DNA of 64,000 bases from Candidatus Bathyarchaeota archaeon (GTDB taxonomy: Archaea; Thermoproteota; Bathyarchaeia; TCS64). Position 1 is the first letter of the stretch, and every line of letters starts with the position of its first letter. The position numbers and the translations under genes were made by a program. Location: assembly GCA_963769425.1 (NCBI GenBank), contig CAVYLP010000006.1:256001-320000 (forward strand). Reading direction: 5' to 3'. The notes beneath the pieces were generated by a model. The model saw nothing but the letters and a program-made list of their open reading frames with translations, was not told the DNA's origin and ran no database searches. This document shows, one piece after another, positions 18,623 through 29,237 of this stretch.

Positions 18623-19831
18623 ATGCCGCCTCTCGTAGGACTCGTAGGCAAGGCAAACGTAGGCAAGAGCACGTTCTTCGCAGCCGCTACACTCAAACCC
18701 GTCGAGATAGCAAACTTCCCCTTCACCACCATCAAGGCCAACAGGGGGGTCGGCTATCTCCGCACCCCATGCGTCTGCAAAGAGTTCCACGTCCAGGACC
18801 AGCCGAACAACAGCGCCTGCATCGACGGCATCCGACTCGTCCCCATCGACCTCATAGACACCCCCGGCCTCATCCGCGGCGCCCACGAGGGAAAGGGACT
18901 CGGCAACCAGTTCCTAGACGAGGTCCGCCGAGCAGACGCCCTCATAGTCGTCTGCGACGCCGCTGGATGCACAGACGAGGCGGGGCAGAGCTGCGCCCCT
19001 GGCGCCCACGACCCCATAGATGACATCAAGCTCTTCGAGGAGGAGTTCGACGCCTGGCTCTACGGCATAGTAGTCAAGGATTGGGAGCGCCTCGCCCGCA
19101 CAGCCGAGATGAAGCACGAGGAGATATGGAAGCACCTCGACGAGAAGATAAACGGCCTCGGCATAACCCGCAACCACATACAGAGCGCCTGCGAGAGGGC
19201 GAAGCTCAACCCGTTCAAGGCCGCCCAGTGGACGAAGGCCGAGCTACGGGGCTTCTGCACCGAGCTCAGGAAAGTCTCGAAGCCCCTCATCGTCGCCGCT
19301 AACAAGGCGGACAAGGACCCGGCCTCGGAGAACATCGAGAAGATCAGGGCAGCTGGCTATAGGGTCGTCCCCACCTGTGCTGAGGCGGAGCTCGCCCTGC
19401 GCCGAGCCGCCGAGGCGGGCCTCGTCAAGTACACCCCCGGCGACAAAGACTTCACGATCCTTCAACCCGAAAAGCTCAACCCAAACCAGATCAAGGCCCT
19501 TGAGAGCATCCGCGAGAGGGTATTCAAGAAGTGGGGCAGTACTGGCCTGCAGGACGCAATAAATGAGGCGTTCTACAGCCTCCTAGACATGATAGTCGTC
19601 TTCCCCGTCGAGGACGCGGAGAAGCTCACCGACAGCAAGGGCAGGATCCTCCCCGACTGCTTCCTCGTCCCGAAGGGTACAACCGCCCGCCAATTCGCCG
19701 GCGTCATCCACACCGACCTCGCCAAGAGCTTCCTATTCGCCGTCGATGCACGCACAAAGAGGCGACTTGGAGAAGCTCAAGTACTCAAGGATAAAGACGT
19801 TATACAGATAGTATCAGCGAAGAAAGGGTGA
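18623..19831 (+). CDS. ychF: YchF/Obg-family ATPase/GTPase with TGS domain
   Basis: GKANVGKST, NFPFTTI, DTPGL, GLGNQFL and ANKAD motifs. Confidence 0.92.
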   Translation: MPPLVGLVGKANVGKSTFFAAATLKPVEIANFPFTTIKANRGVGYLRTPCVCKEFHVQDQPNNSACIDGIRLVPIDLIDTPGLIRGAHEGKGLGNQFLDEVRRADALIVVCDAAGCTDEAGQSCAPGAHDPIDDIKLFEEEFDAWLYGIVVKDWERLARTAEMKHEEIWKHLDEKINGLGITRNHIQSACERAKLNPFKAAQWTKAELRGFCTELRKVSKPLIVAANKADKDPASENIEKIRAAGYRVVPTCAEAELALRRAAEAGLVKYTPGDKDFTILQPEKLNPNQIKALESIRERVFKKWGSTGLQDAINEAFYSLLDMIVVFPVEDAEKLTDSKGRILPDCFLVPKGTTARQFAGVIHTDLAKSFLFAVDARTKRRLGEAQVLKDKDVIQIVSAKKG

Positions 19832-19833
19832 TC

Positions 19834-20763
19834 ATGATGAAGGACGTTAAGGTTCTGGTTTGCGACCCCATCGACGAGGTGGGGGTTAAACTGCTCAAGG
19901 AGGCCGGCTACCACGTTGACCTTAAGACGGAGATAACTGCCCCCGACCTCGTGAAGGTCGCCGGCACCTACGACGCCCTGGTTGTGAGGAGCCGCACGAA
20001 GGTCACGAAGGAGGTCCTGCAGGCGGGGAAGCCGAAGCTCAAGATAGTCGCCCGCAGCGGAGTCGGTCTCGACAATGTCGACATTGAGGCAGCGAAGGAC
20101 CTCGGCATCCAGGTGGTCAACAGCGCCGAGGCACCCAGCAACGCCGTCGCCGAGCTGGTCCTCGGCTACATGCTCAGCCTCAGCCGTAACATCTCCCGGG
20201 GCGACGCCTCGATGAAGCGGGGCGAGTGGGCGAAGAACAAGCTCACAGGCTTCGAGCTGAGTGGCAAGACGATGGGCATCGTCGGTTTCGGCCGAATAGG
20301 CTTCCTCGTCGGGAAGAAGACGAAGGCACTCGGGATGCGCGTCCTCTGCTATGACGTTCTCATCGACAAGATGATGAACTTCGTACAGGAGGCCGGCGCC
20401 GAGTCCGTGCCACTCGACAAGCTCCTCGCCGAGTCCGACTTCGTCACTGTACACGTCCCACTCCTACCCCAGACGAAGCACATGTTCAACGCCGCCACTA
20501 TCGCCAAGATGAAAAAGGGCGCCTACATCATCAACGCCGCCCGCGGAGGCATCATTGAGGAGAAAGCACTCGTCGACGCCCTCAAGAGCGGCCACCTTTC
20601 CGGTGCTGCCCTCGACGTCTACGAAGAGGAGCCAACGAAGAACATGGAACTCGTCAAGTTGGAGAGCGTCGTTTGCACCCCCCACATCGGCGCCGAGTCT
20701 AAGGAGGCGCAGCTCGGGAACAGCACAATCGTCGCCGAGAAGCTCGTCAAAACCCTCGGCTGA
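19834..20763 (+). CDS. D-2-hydroxyacid dehydrogenase (SerA-like, no ACT domain)
   Basis: RSGVGLDNVD, GFGRIG, INAARGG, LDVYEEEP and TPHIGA motifs. Confidence 0.9.
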   Translation: MMKDVKVLVCDPIDEVGVKLLKEAGYHVDLKTEITAPDLVKVAGTYDALVVRSRTKVTKEVLQAGKPKLKIVARSGVGLDNVDIEAAKDLGIQVVNSAEAPSNAVAELVLGYMLSLSRNISRGDASMKRGEWAKNKLTGFELSGKTMGIVGFGRIGFLVGKKTKALGMRVLCYDVLIDKMMNFVQEAGAESVPLDKLLAESDFVTVHVPLLPQTKHMFNAATIAKMKKGAYIINAARGGIIEEKALVDALKSGHLSGAALDVYEEEPTKNMELVKLESVVCTPHIGAESKEAQLGNSTIVAEKLVKTLG

Positions 20764-20824
20764 CCCACGCCAAGCTTAAGAGGACTCACGCCACCAATAA
20801 GGAACTCCACGCGAGTTGACTATA

Positions 20825-22105
20825 ATGAAGGTCATAATCGGGGCGGGCCTATCTGGGCTCAGCGCCGCATACCACATGGGCAACGGCTACAAAGTCCTCG
20901 AGAGGGAAGGCGAGGTGGGTGGCCTCTGCCGCAGCGTTACCACGAGGGGCTACACATTCGACCTCGCACCGCACATCTTCTTCACGGGCAGCCAGTACGT
21001 GAACGGCCTCGTCAACGAGCTCCTCAACGGCGACCTCATCAAGCAAAGGCGCCGCGCATACATCTACCTCCGCGGCACCTACGTCGAGTACCCCTTCGAG
21101 GTAAACCTCCACGGCCTCCCTCAGAGTGTCATCGACGAGTGTATAGAGGGCGCCCGCAACAGACCCAACATCAAGCCCCGGAACTTCATGGAGTGGATCA
21201 AGACCACAATGGGGGAGGGCGTCGCCAAGCACTACATGATCCCCTACAACGAGAAGATCTGGAAGTACCCCCTCGAGGAGATGAACCTCGACTGGGTAGC
21301 GGGGAGGGTACCGGCACCGAGCGTGGAGGAGATGGTGAAGGGGGCTCAGGGTAAGGTGGAGAGGGAGTACGGCCCCAACGCCTACTTCCAATACCCAAGA
21401 GTAGGTGGCATAGGCGCAATCCCAACCGCCTTCGCCAAGAGGGTCACCGACATCTCACTCAACTCGAACGTCCACGAGATACGCCACAACGGGAAGCGCC
21501 TCGACGTGCTCTACACTCGAAACGGGGAGCCGAAGAGGCTCGAGGCGGACCGAGTGCTATCCTCGGTCCCCCTCCCCGAGCTCGTGAAGATGATAAAGTC
21601 AGCCCCTGAGGAGGTCGTCAAGGCTTCTGAGAGGCTCGTCTACAACAGCCTTGCCTGCTTCAACATCGGCGTGGACCGCGAGGCCATCAGCGACAAGCAC
21701 TGGTTGTACTTCCCAGAGAAGGAGTACATCTTCAACAGGATCAGCTTCCCCATGAACCTCTCGCCCGAGACAACCCCCAAGGGTAAGAGCAGCATAGTGG
21801 TCGAGGTCACATACAGGGGAGCCAAACCCGACCCAGGGGAGACGAAGGAGAGGGTAAGGGAGGGCCTCGTCCGCGCCCAGATACTCCGCGAAGACGACGA
21901 ACTCGAGGTATTTGACACCTTGGACTTCAAATACGCCTACGTAGTATACGATATGCAGCATCGGGGAAACGTTAATCTGATCCAGACCTACCTAGAATCT
22001 CTCAGAGTCTCCTCCATGGGGCGGTTCGGAGAGTGGGAATACCTCAACATGGACAAGGCCATCCTCTCGGGGAAGAGAGCGGCGGAGGAAGAAAAAAGAA
22101 AATGA
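20825..22105 (+). CDS. FAD-dependent oxidoreductase (protoporphyrinogen oxidase / UDP-galactopyranose mutase-like)
   Basis: IIGAGLSGL, GGLCRS, YNEKIW and GRFGEWEYLNMD motifs; coupled to a GT2 gene. Confidence 0.85.
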   Translation: MKVIIGAGLSGLSAAYHMGNGYKVLEREGEVGGLCRSVTTRGYTFDLAPHIFFTGSQYVNGLVNELLNGDLIKQRRRAYIYLRGTYVEYPFEVNLHGLPQSVIDECIEGARNRPNIKPRNFMEWIKTTMGEGVAKHYMIPYNEKIWKYPLEEMNLDWVAGRVPAPSVEEMVKGAQGKVEREYGPNAYFQYPRVGGIGAIPTAFAKRVTDISLNSNVHEIRHNGKRLDVLYTRNGEPKRLEADRVLSSVPLPELVKMIKSAPEEVVKASERLVYNSLACFNIGVDREAISDKHWLYFPEKEYIFNRISFPMNLSPETTPKGKSSIVVEVTYRGAKPDPGETKERVREGLVRAQILREDDELEVFDTLDFKYAYVVYDMQHRGNVNLIQTYLESLRVSSMGRFGEWEYLNMDKAILSGKRAAEEEKRK

Positions 22106-22830
22106 TTACTGTAGTCGTGCCAACATACAACGAGGAGAAGAACATAGAGCGCTGCCTCCGAGCCCTGAACAATCAGAACATCCCGAGGGAATCGTACGAG
22201 ATCATAGTAGTCGACGGCGACAGCAAGGACAGGACGAGGGAGATCGCCTCGAAGTACGCGGACAAAGTTATCCAGCAGGTGAGCTCCGGGGTCGGCGGAG
22301 CCCGAAACGACGGCGCGATGGCCGCGAGCGGGCAGATAGTCGCGACGACCGACGCCGACTGCATCCCAGACGAGGACTGGCTGCACACGATTCTCGAGGA
22401 CTTTAGCGATGACGAGGTAGTCGCGGTCACCGGATACCTCGACCCGATGATCCCGGAGGAGATGGCGTGGATGAGGGGTGGGACCTACTACTACGCCTTC
22501 AAGGTCGCCAACGGCCTACGCTGGGCCGGCTCGAAGGTTGGCTACCACCACCTCTGCGGGGCGAACACGGCCTTCCGCAGGGACGCCTTCCTCAAGGTGG
22601 AGGGCTACAGGGACCTCGCCTACTCGGACGACGTAGAGATAGGCAGGAGGCTGAGGGCACACGGAAAGATGGCGATGGATGACCGCATACAGGTCGACTA
22701 CTCCATCCGCCGCATCCAGAAGCTAGGCATCGCTAAGTACACCTGGATGATTATGAAGAACGACTTTAACGTCATAATCCTCGGCAACAAGCCCACGAAG
22801 GGCAGCTATGCCAAGCAGAATTATAACTAA
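22102..22830 (+). CDS. Glycosyltransferase family 2
   Basis: VVVPTYNEE, VVDGDSKD, GARNDG, TDAD and SDDVE motifs. Confidence 0.92.
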   Translation: MITVVVPTYNEEKNIERCLRALNNQNIPRESYEIIVVDGDSKDRTREIASKYADKVIQQVSSGVGGARNDGAMAASGQIVATTDADCIPDEDWLHTILEDFSDDEVVAVTGYLDPMIPEEMAWMRGGTYYYAFKVANGLRWAGSKVGYHHLCGANTAFRRDAFLKVEGYRDLAYSDDVEIGRRLRAHGKMAMDDRIQVDYSIRRIQKLGIAKYTWMIMKNDFNVIILGNKPTKGSYAKQNYN

Positions 22831-23084
22831 AAGCGTGCGCGTCAGGTTGGATTGAGACTGAGATGTTATTATTGACGCGTTCAACTGCTGTCGGATATCT
22901 GACCGCGTCAGCTTTATGACTGAACTGACCAATTGCTTCGTATTCGGAGCTGATCTTTGCTTGACTATGATGAGATAAAAAGAAAATAATTAAAAGTTAA
23001 TTCTAAAATCCTGCGCTTTGCCTAGTAAGAACAGAGACGGGGAGCATCCGACGATTGAGACTTTGATTAACGAGATGTCTCAGT

Positions 23085-23276
23085 CTAATCCGCATCATCG
23101 CGGATGTTGTTGGCTTTCTTTCGTGGGTTCCATACAATCCCAACTAGAGCTAATATTATTCCTACGACTGGTAGTCCAACGAGAGTCATAGAAAATCCTT
23201 TTAGAACAAGAAGGATGGCGCCTATCACGATGAGTATGCAACCCATTAAGATGAGTCTCAGTTTCATACTATTCAT
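23085..23276 (-). CDS. Small two-TM membrane protein
   Basis: Two hydrophobic segments; GGAGGTGA ribosome-binding site upstream. Confidence 0.7.
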   Translation of the reverse strand: MNSMKLRLILMGCILIVIGAILLVLKGFSMTLVGLPVVGIILALVGIVWNPRKKANNIRDDAD

Positions 23277-23309
23277 AATTTCACCTCCTCTCCCTATTCT
23301 ATTGAATCG

Positions 23310-24056
23310 TTACTTCCATTTTGTTAATATCTCCTCTCTGCGGAATGTAGCCTTTGCAGCGTAAAGGAGAAACAAGTCAATTATCAAAAGAATCCCAGCA
23401 ATGATGAGCAGGTTGCCAGCATCGCCGAGATTAATTAGACCAAGTTCACCAGCGACGTATATTCCTCCGAAGGGGAGCACCAACAGAAATCCAAACTGCT
23501 GCGCGACGCGAACATCGCTCACCCTCGCAGAGATGATGACATTCCATTCGACACTCATTACAGCTGCGAGAGGCACCATCAGAAAAAGGATGATGCCGGT
23601 ATTCCAGTTGGGGAAAAAGTAGTAGCCCAAGGTGGCATATGTCGTCAGATCCATGAGAACCATGAAGAGTGCGGCTCCTCCTAAGATGGATGCTATCGGA
23701 GGTAGGAACGCCGAGATTCCCTTCCCAAGCAATATCTCCTCATCGGTCGTTGGGGTGGCCAGAAGCGGCTCTAGGCTCTTCTCGACTTTCTCACCGACGA
23801 TGCTGTATGAGGCGAGAGTTGTCGGAATCATGCCTGCGAGGATGAGGTAGAAGAAAGAAAATGCTGGTAGAAGTATCGTAAGCACCGATGCTGGGATCCC
23901 GCTTGAACCGTTTCTATGTCCGGCAAGCTCGATCACAGCCGGGAAAAGTAATGAGACAATGAGGGGTATGATGAGGATTGAGTAGATTATGTTCTTCTTC
24001 TTGAAGAATACCTTGAAGTCCTTCGAAGCGATGATCCATGATTTTGAGAGTCTCAT
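23310..24056 (-). CDS. ABC-2 type exporter permease
   Basis: SIVGEKVEKSLEPLLATP, LLGK motif and about 6 TM segments. Confidence 0.9.
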   Translation of the reverse strand: MRLSKSWIIASKDFKVFFKKKNIIYSILIIPLIVSLLFPAVIELAGHRNGSSGIPASVLTILLPAFSFFYLILAGMIPTTLASYSIVGEKVEKSLEPLLATPTTDEEILLGKGISAFLPPIASILGGAALFMVLMDLTTYATLGYYFFPNWNTGIILFLMVPLAAVMSVEWNVIISARVSDVRVAQQFGFLLVLPFGGIYVAGELGLINLGDAGNLLIIAGILLIIDLFLLYAAKATFRREEILTKWK

Positions 24057-24973
24057 TTGGTCTGCCTCACTAGTTTCAGATAGGCGTCCTCCAGAGTTGA
24101 GCCAACTACAGTGACAGTTTGAATTTGGCCACCAGCTCGAACTAGTGTATCCACGATTATGGGATTCTCTTTTTCTGGATTTGTTACGTCGATGATCAGC
24201 TTGTTGCCGTCAGCGGCGATGTTCCCAATCGACAGCCCCTTCAATGCAGCAATAATTGCATCGTTTACCTGATCCAGCTGAATTTCGGTCTTCCTACCGC
24301 TTACCGACCGCTCGAGTTCCTCAGGGGTGCCCACAGCCATTAGTTTGGTGTTCAGTATCGCAATCCTGTCGCAGATCCTCTGGGCCTCATCGAGGTTGTG
24401 GGTGTTCAGAAATATTGTTCTTTTTTCCTTCTTGAGTTCGACTATGAAGTCTCTGACTGTTTTCGAGGCCTCTGGGTCTAGGTTCGCCGTCGGCTCGTCC
24501 ATGAAAAGGACCTGCGGATCGTGCACAAGAGAACGTGCTATAGCGAGTTTCTGGCTCATTCCTTTAGAAAACGTACCTGCTGCGACATCCTTTTTCTCCC
24601 AGAGACCCAGCATCGTGAGCAAACGTCTGATGTTTTCCTTCCTTTGCCCTTCAGTGCAATCGTAGAGTTTCCCATAGAAGTCTAAGTTATCATATGCGCT
24701 TAATTCATTGTAGAGACCAACGTTGTCTGGAACGATTCCAATTAGCTTCCTGATCTTTAAGGAATCCTCCTTATTACTCACGTCGTAATCTGAGATCCTT
24801 GCCTCTCCGCCGGTCTTTGATATGAGGCAGCTTAGGATTCTCACAGTGGTCGTCTTCCCTGCACCGTTGGGCCCGAGGAAACCAAATACCTCTCCCTCTT
24901 TAACATTGAAGGTGAGTCCATCTACCGCCGTTATTTCGCCGAACTTCTTAGTGAGATTCTTTGTCTCGATCAA
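24053..24973 (-). CDS. ABC exporter ATP-binding protein
   Basis: GPNGAGKTT, FSKGM, MDEPT and THN motifs. Confidence 0.95.
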   Translation of the reverse strand: MIETKNLTKKFGEITAVDGLTFNVKEGEVFGFLGPNGAGKTTTVRILSCLISKTGGEARISDYDVSNKEDSLKIRKLIGIVPDNVGLYNELSAYDNLDFYGKLYDCTEGQRKENIRRLLTMLGLWEKKDVAAGTFSKGMSQKLAIARSLVHDPQVLFMDEPTANLDPEASKTVRDFIVELKKEKRTIFLNTHNLDEAQRICDRIAILNTKLMAVGTPEELERSVSGRKTEIQLDQVNDAIIAALKGLSIGNIAADGNKLIIDVTNPEKENPIIVDTLVRAGGQIQTVTVVGSTLEDAYLKLVRQTK

Positions 24974-25046
24974 TTAGTGTCATTCCTACGGGTGTGTCTA
25001 TTTAATTTGATAAAAGAGTCAAGGAACCATATAATCTTCATAGCAA

Positions 25047-25544
25047 TCATCTATCCCAAGGAAGTAAGTGCTTCCACTTTGTATCCTTGTAAACCAGCCA
25101 ATACCAGAGGTTAATCATAATCGGTACCATCGTCACAATAATGACCAATGAAACAAAATACCATGTCAGATCCTCTAGATGATTCATAATATGATGAAAT
25201 ACAATAATATCCGTTGCTGAAACCACTATGAAGATGATGATTACAAATCTCGCGAAGAGACCAGGCTTATGGGTTCCAGTTGCACTGATCCTTAGAGCTT
25301 CCTTTCCTTCATCAGTCAGTGTGTAAGCTCCATCCGAAGATTGGATTACTAAGCCCTGTAATTTACTTAGGTGAAACTGTAGGAGGCCGCTGCTCTCAAT
25401 ACCGAGGGCCTTCTTCATCTCAGAAAATTCTCGAGTGGAGTTGTTTAGCAGTTCAAGGATCCTGATTCTCGTGGGGTGACCTAATGCTTCGAAAAGCTCT
25501 GCCCTATCGACATTGAAGCTGTTCCCCGATCCTTCACTGCCCAT
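25047..25544 (-). CDS. ArsR-type winged-HTH regulator with two C-terminal TM helices
   Basis: FEALGHPTRIRILELL...LQFHLSKL...YTLTDEG followed by two hydrophobic segments. Confidence 0.82.
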   Translation of the reverse strand: MGSEGSGNSFNVDRAELFEALGHPTRIRILELLNNSTREFSEMKKALGIESSGLLQFHLSKLQGLVIQSSDGAYTLTDEGKEALRISATGTHKPGLFARFVIIIFIVVSATDIIVFHHIMNHLEDLTWYFVSLVIIVTMVPIMINLWYWLVYKDTKWKHLLPWDR

Positions 25545-25738
25545 GATTAGGAAGTTGCTCGGGCTGTTAATAATACCTCATTCATTGACCATATTAAAGA
25601 ATATTTGAATGTTTGAACTTCATGAAGTCAATGAAAGGCGATATCAAGTGAGACGCGCGCTATACACTCAATAAATAGAAAGAGAGAATCTCACCAATAA
25701 TAACTAGAAAAGACGGAGGGGCTAAGGACCTGGGGTTC

Positions 25739-26191
25739 TTACTTTCTGCAGACCCAGTTCAGGTCCTTGTCGGCCTTGATGTGTGGGCTCGCGGGGTCAA
25801 CCATTATGACCTCGTACCACTTGTTCACGCCGTCCTGCCAGACCCAGTAGCTGTTCAGCACTTCAAGGTTGATGAACTTCTTTGAAGCGCGCTGCTCGGC
25901 TATGAGTTGTATGCTCTTCGCGGGGGTGAACTTCGTCACACCCATCTTCTTTGGCCTGCGGCCTAGGATGGCTCTGAGCTTGTGTGCGCCACCGCGGCGG
26001 ACGCGTACGCGTACCACCACTATGCCTTTCTTGGCCTTGTAGCCAAGCCTGTGGGCGCGGTCTAGACGCGTCGGCTTATCGACCCTGTTGACGGCGGGCT
26101 GCCGCCTCCAGGCGACGACGCGCTGGCGCATGAGATCCTGCACGTAGCTCTTCGCCGGACGTTTCCAAGCCTCTTCGAGGTGCCGGTACAT
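25739..26191 (-). CDS. rpl15e: 50S ribosomal protein L15e
   Basis: PTRLDRAHRLGYKAK and LEVLNSYWV...WYEVIMVDP motifs. Confidence 0.96.
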   Translation of the reverse strand: MYRHLEEAWKRPAKSYVQDLMRQRVVAWRRQPAVNRVDKPTRLDRAHRLGYKAKKGIVVVRVRVRRGGAHKLRAILGRRPKKMGVTKFTPAKSIQLIAEQRASKKFINLEVLNSYWVWQDGVNKWYEVIMVDPASPHIKADKDLNWVCRK

Positions 26192-26257
26192 TGACGGATT
26201 CTCCTTTGCGAAGCCTTAGAGAAGTTCGCGGCCTAATAAATGTAATGGGGTACCGCT

Positions 26258-26674
26258 TCAACGGGTGATTAGTCCGTCGACGGCTAGGTGGCGTCTCTGG
26301 CGAAGATAGACAACAGGAATGCTCTTCTCCCTCAGCAGCCTCCTTAGCTCGGAGTCCGTCGTCGCCACAACACTGCCGCCACTGGCGGCGAGACGGATAA
26401 GGTGCTTATCCACCTCCTCCCCAGGCTTCAGTTTCTCGTCGAGGATGGTGATCCTCTCCGCAAAAGCCAATGCGAAATCTATCTCCTTCTCCTCACCCGG
26501 CTTCACCCGGGTCTTAAGCCACCTAAGTTCATCAACGATCGCTGTTGTTGTGGCCAGTTTGAAAGAGGACTCGATGATCCGGTTCAGCTCTGCCTCGACG
26601 TCGACGCCGAACCTTATGGATACCATCAGAAAGTTTGTGTCCAAAAGGACCAGGGTCGGCTCCCTAGTGGGCAT
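26258..26674 (-). CDS. PIN-domain protein (Fcf1/Utp24-like)
   Basis: LLDTNFLM, VATTDSELR and IPVVYLRQ motifs; conserved position after eif2g. Confidence 0.88.
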   Translation of the reverse strand: MPTREPTLVLLDTNFLMVSIRFGVDVEAELNRIIESSFKLATTTAIVDELRWLKTRVKPGEEKEIDFALAFAERITILDEKLKPGEEVDKHLIRLAASGGSVVATTDSELRRLLREKSIPVVYLRQRRHLAVDGLITR

Positions 26675-27918
26675 TAGCCGCTCAGGGCTCCGGCTCCGAT
26701 GAGTCGCCAGCGCCCGTCTATCCTTCTGCTAAGCGCCACGCGGTCCGTCTCCTCGCCGCAGATGGGTATGCTGAGTTTCGCCTCGAGGTAGTCCTTCTTT
26801 ACGAGTGTCACGTCCGCCATCGTCTTGGATGTGCCGACGTTGAGTAGAAGCTTCTCACCCTTGGCGATGCTCGCCACCTTCTCCTGCTCCTTGCTGCCGA
26901 CGACACTTCCGAAGAGCTTGACCTTCATGGACAACTCGTCCCTTACCGGGGGCAACGTCCCCGGCTTACCCAACATACTCCCTACTAGTCCGTCGCTCTT
27001 GCTTAGGCTTGGGTCGAGGAGGGTGCCGACGCCAACTAGACCGCCGGGTATAGCCTCCTCCACGGTTGTGCCGCCGATGTGGAGGCTCGTGATCTCGGTG
27101 ACCAGCTCCCTCATCTTGAGCTTGTTCTTGTCCCTGGTAGGGAGGCCGGGCTTTATCTCGACCTCGTCGCCAACCTTGAAGCTTCCCTGATAGATGCTTC
27201 CACCGAGAACGCCTCCACTCAGATCGTCAATGATCGTACCGGGGTTGTTTACGTCAAAGCTCCTGACTATGTGCATGCGCCCAGGCTTGTTGGGGTCCCT
27301 CTTCGGAGTGGGGAGGTATTCCTGTATCGCTTGGAGGAGCATGTCTATGTTGATGTTGTGTTGCGCGGAGACGGGGATTATGGGTGCCTCCTCCGCGACT
27401 GTGCCTTCGACGAACTTCGCTATGTCGTTATAACTCCGTATGGCGTCGTCGCGCTTAACGAGGTCGATCTTATTCTGTACAATGATTATGTTCCTGAGCC
27501 CCAGCGTATCGATGGCGGCGAGGTGCTCCCTCGTCTGCGGCTGTGGGCACTTCTCGTTAGCGGCGATGACGAGGATAGCCCCGTCCATGACTGCTGCACC
27601 GGAGAGCATTGTTGCCATCAGTATCTCGTGGCCGGGGGCGTCCACGAAGCTGATGGCGCGCTGGAACTCCGCCTTCTTACCGCATGCCACGCACTCCGTA
27701 GAGGTGCAGAAGCACTTTGGTTCCTCGCAGTCGGGGCACTTGAATATGGCGAAGTCAGCGTATCCGAGCTTGATGGTGATACCCCTCTTCAGCTCCTCGC
27801 TGTGCTTGGAAGCCCACTGCCCAGTGAGGGCCTGAACGAGCGTCGTCTTACCATGGTCAACGTGGCCGATCGTGCCTATGTTGACCTCGGGTTGCTTAGG
27901 TAGGCTAGGTATATCCAC
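26674..27918 (-). CDS. eif2g: Translation initiation factor aIF-2 gamma
   Basis: QPEVNIGTIGHVDHGKT, RGITIKLGY, DAPGH, QNKID and RWRLIG motifs. Confidence 0.97.
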   Translation of the reverse strand: MDIPSLPKQPEVNIGTIGHVDHGKTTLVQALTGQWASKHSEELKRGITIKLGYADFAIFKCPDCEEPKCFCTSTECVACGKKAEFQRAISFVDAPGHEILMATMLSGAAVMDGAILVIAANEKCPQPQTREHLAAIDTLGLRNIIIVQNKIDLVKRDDAIRSYNDIAKFVEGTVAEEAPIIPVSAQHNINIDMLLQAIQEYLPTPKRDPNKPGRMHIVRSFDVNNPGTIIDDLSGGVLGGSIYQGSFKVGDEVEIKPGLPTRDKNKLKMRELVTEITSLHIGGTTVEEAIPGGLVGVGTLLDPSLSKSDGLVGSMLGKPGTLPPVRDELSMKVKLFGSVVGSKEQEKVASIAKGEKLLLNVGTSKTMADVTLVKKDYLEAKLSIPICGEETDRVALSRRIDGRWRLIGAGALSG

Positions 27919-28077
27919 TTCCCCCGTGCAAACTCAAACAGTGATCCGCCTCCTCTTAAATACATTTATTGAACCTCACTGAGTCCCAAGACGCCTAGCG
28001 CAAAGGAACTTGCAGAAGAGGGGCGAACGAGAATGTTACAATTTTTTATAATAGCTATGCAGATCTAAAAGGAACTC

Positions 28078-29226
28078 TTGTTAGGTTTCTGGGAACTTGC
28101 GCCGAGGTTCGCAAACGCCTTCGTCACCATAGCGCTTGCTATACTACTCCTCAACATCTACAGAAAAGGTCGAAAAGACTTTTATCTGCTCTGGAGCCTC
28201 GGCTACCTCCTCTACGGGGCAAACATTTTCACGAGGACCTTCCTCCCCGAAGGGGGGGTAGTGCCGTTCATATTGCTAACGGGCGGCTTCACCCTGATCC
28301 TTGTAGGAATCGGCAGGCTCATAAACGGGGTAAAGAGGATGCTGATTCTCTCCGCCTCGATCCCGGTCGTCATGATCATTGTTTCCGTAACGACGGGATC
28401 CGAGAGGTTTGGCTGGCTGATATCAATCATACCATACCTGCTGGTTGGGGTCGGCCTGCTGATTATAAAGAATAGGCACCCAGTCGATTTTAATCTGCTC
28501 ATCGTGGGCTGGATGATTCTACTATTCATAAACTTGGCTCTCGCCTTCAACTGGATGAATGCGGGCTACGTCGATGTTATGGCAATCTTCGCTAAGCTGG
28601 TCATATTCTACGGGATGACAACGCCCCACTTCTCGTTCCTGGTAGACGACCTCAAGAGGTTCCTAATCATGGGGATGCCGACCAACTACAGCAATGGGCT
28701 CCAGTTCGATAGCTGCGTCCTGGTCACATCTACGAGGGGACAGAAGGCAAAGGAGATCAAGTGGATCGTTGACAGGGTGAACGACAACGTAAGACGTGGC
28801 GTAAGGAGTATTCTCGTGTCGACTTACGACCTCGTATCACCCACGGATGTGAAGACCGCAGGGATGGAGGGGGATAACATTTACCTGGTGCGAATGGTTA
28901 CTGGGAATCGCAGGGCTCCGAAGACGTTCGAGCAGCACGTGATGACCATCAACGACGACATCAATCAACTCGATCTACTCTTCACGGACGTAGTCAACTA
29001 CTCTATCGACAGGAAGATCTGCTGCGAAATAATAGTGTACTCGATTTCAAACCTCATACACACGCATGGCTGGAAGAGAGTCTACTCGTTTGCAATCTCA
29101 AAGATCCCGCAGATCAAGGGGAGCAGGGTCTCCCTGCTCTGCTTCTACTATCCCGAGACCCACGAGGACCCAACTGAGGCGTCGAAGTTCGAGAGGTTAG
29201 CGGACAGGATAGTGACGATCAGATAG
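28078..29226 (+). CDS. 7TM membrane protein with a C-terminal inactive KaiC-like (DUF835-type) domain
   Basis: Seven hydrophobic segments in aa 1-180; C-terminal IIVYSISNLI...FYYPETHE...FERLADRIVTI resembles a RecA/KaiC fold lacking Walker A. Confidence 0.7.
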   Translation: MLGFWELAPRFANAFVTIALAILLLNIYRKGRKDFYLLWSLGYLLYGANIFTRTFLPEGGVVPFILLTGGFTLILVGIGRLINGVKRMLILSASIPVVMIIVSVTTGSERFGWLISIIPYLLVGVGLLIIKNRHPVDFNLLIVGWMILLFINLALAFNWMNAGYVDVMAIFAKLVIFYGMTTPHFSFLVDDLKRFLIMGMPTNYSNGLQFDSCVLVTSTRGQKAKEIKWIVDRVNDNVRRGVRSILVSTYDLVSPTDVKTAGMEGDNIYLVRMVTGNRRAPKTFEQHVMTINDDINQLDLLFTDVVNYSIDRKICCEIIVYSISNLIHTHGWKRVYSFAISKIPQIKGSRVSLLCFYYPETHEDPTEASKFERLADRIVTIR

Positions 29227-29237
29227 ACTACAACAGG

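Noticed and set aside
26192-26240. GCGAA...TTCGC hairpin as an eL15 leader
   Set aside because: The stem is short, and the TATA-like element at about 26235 would put the TSS inside it.
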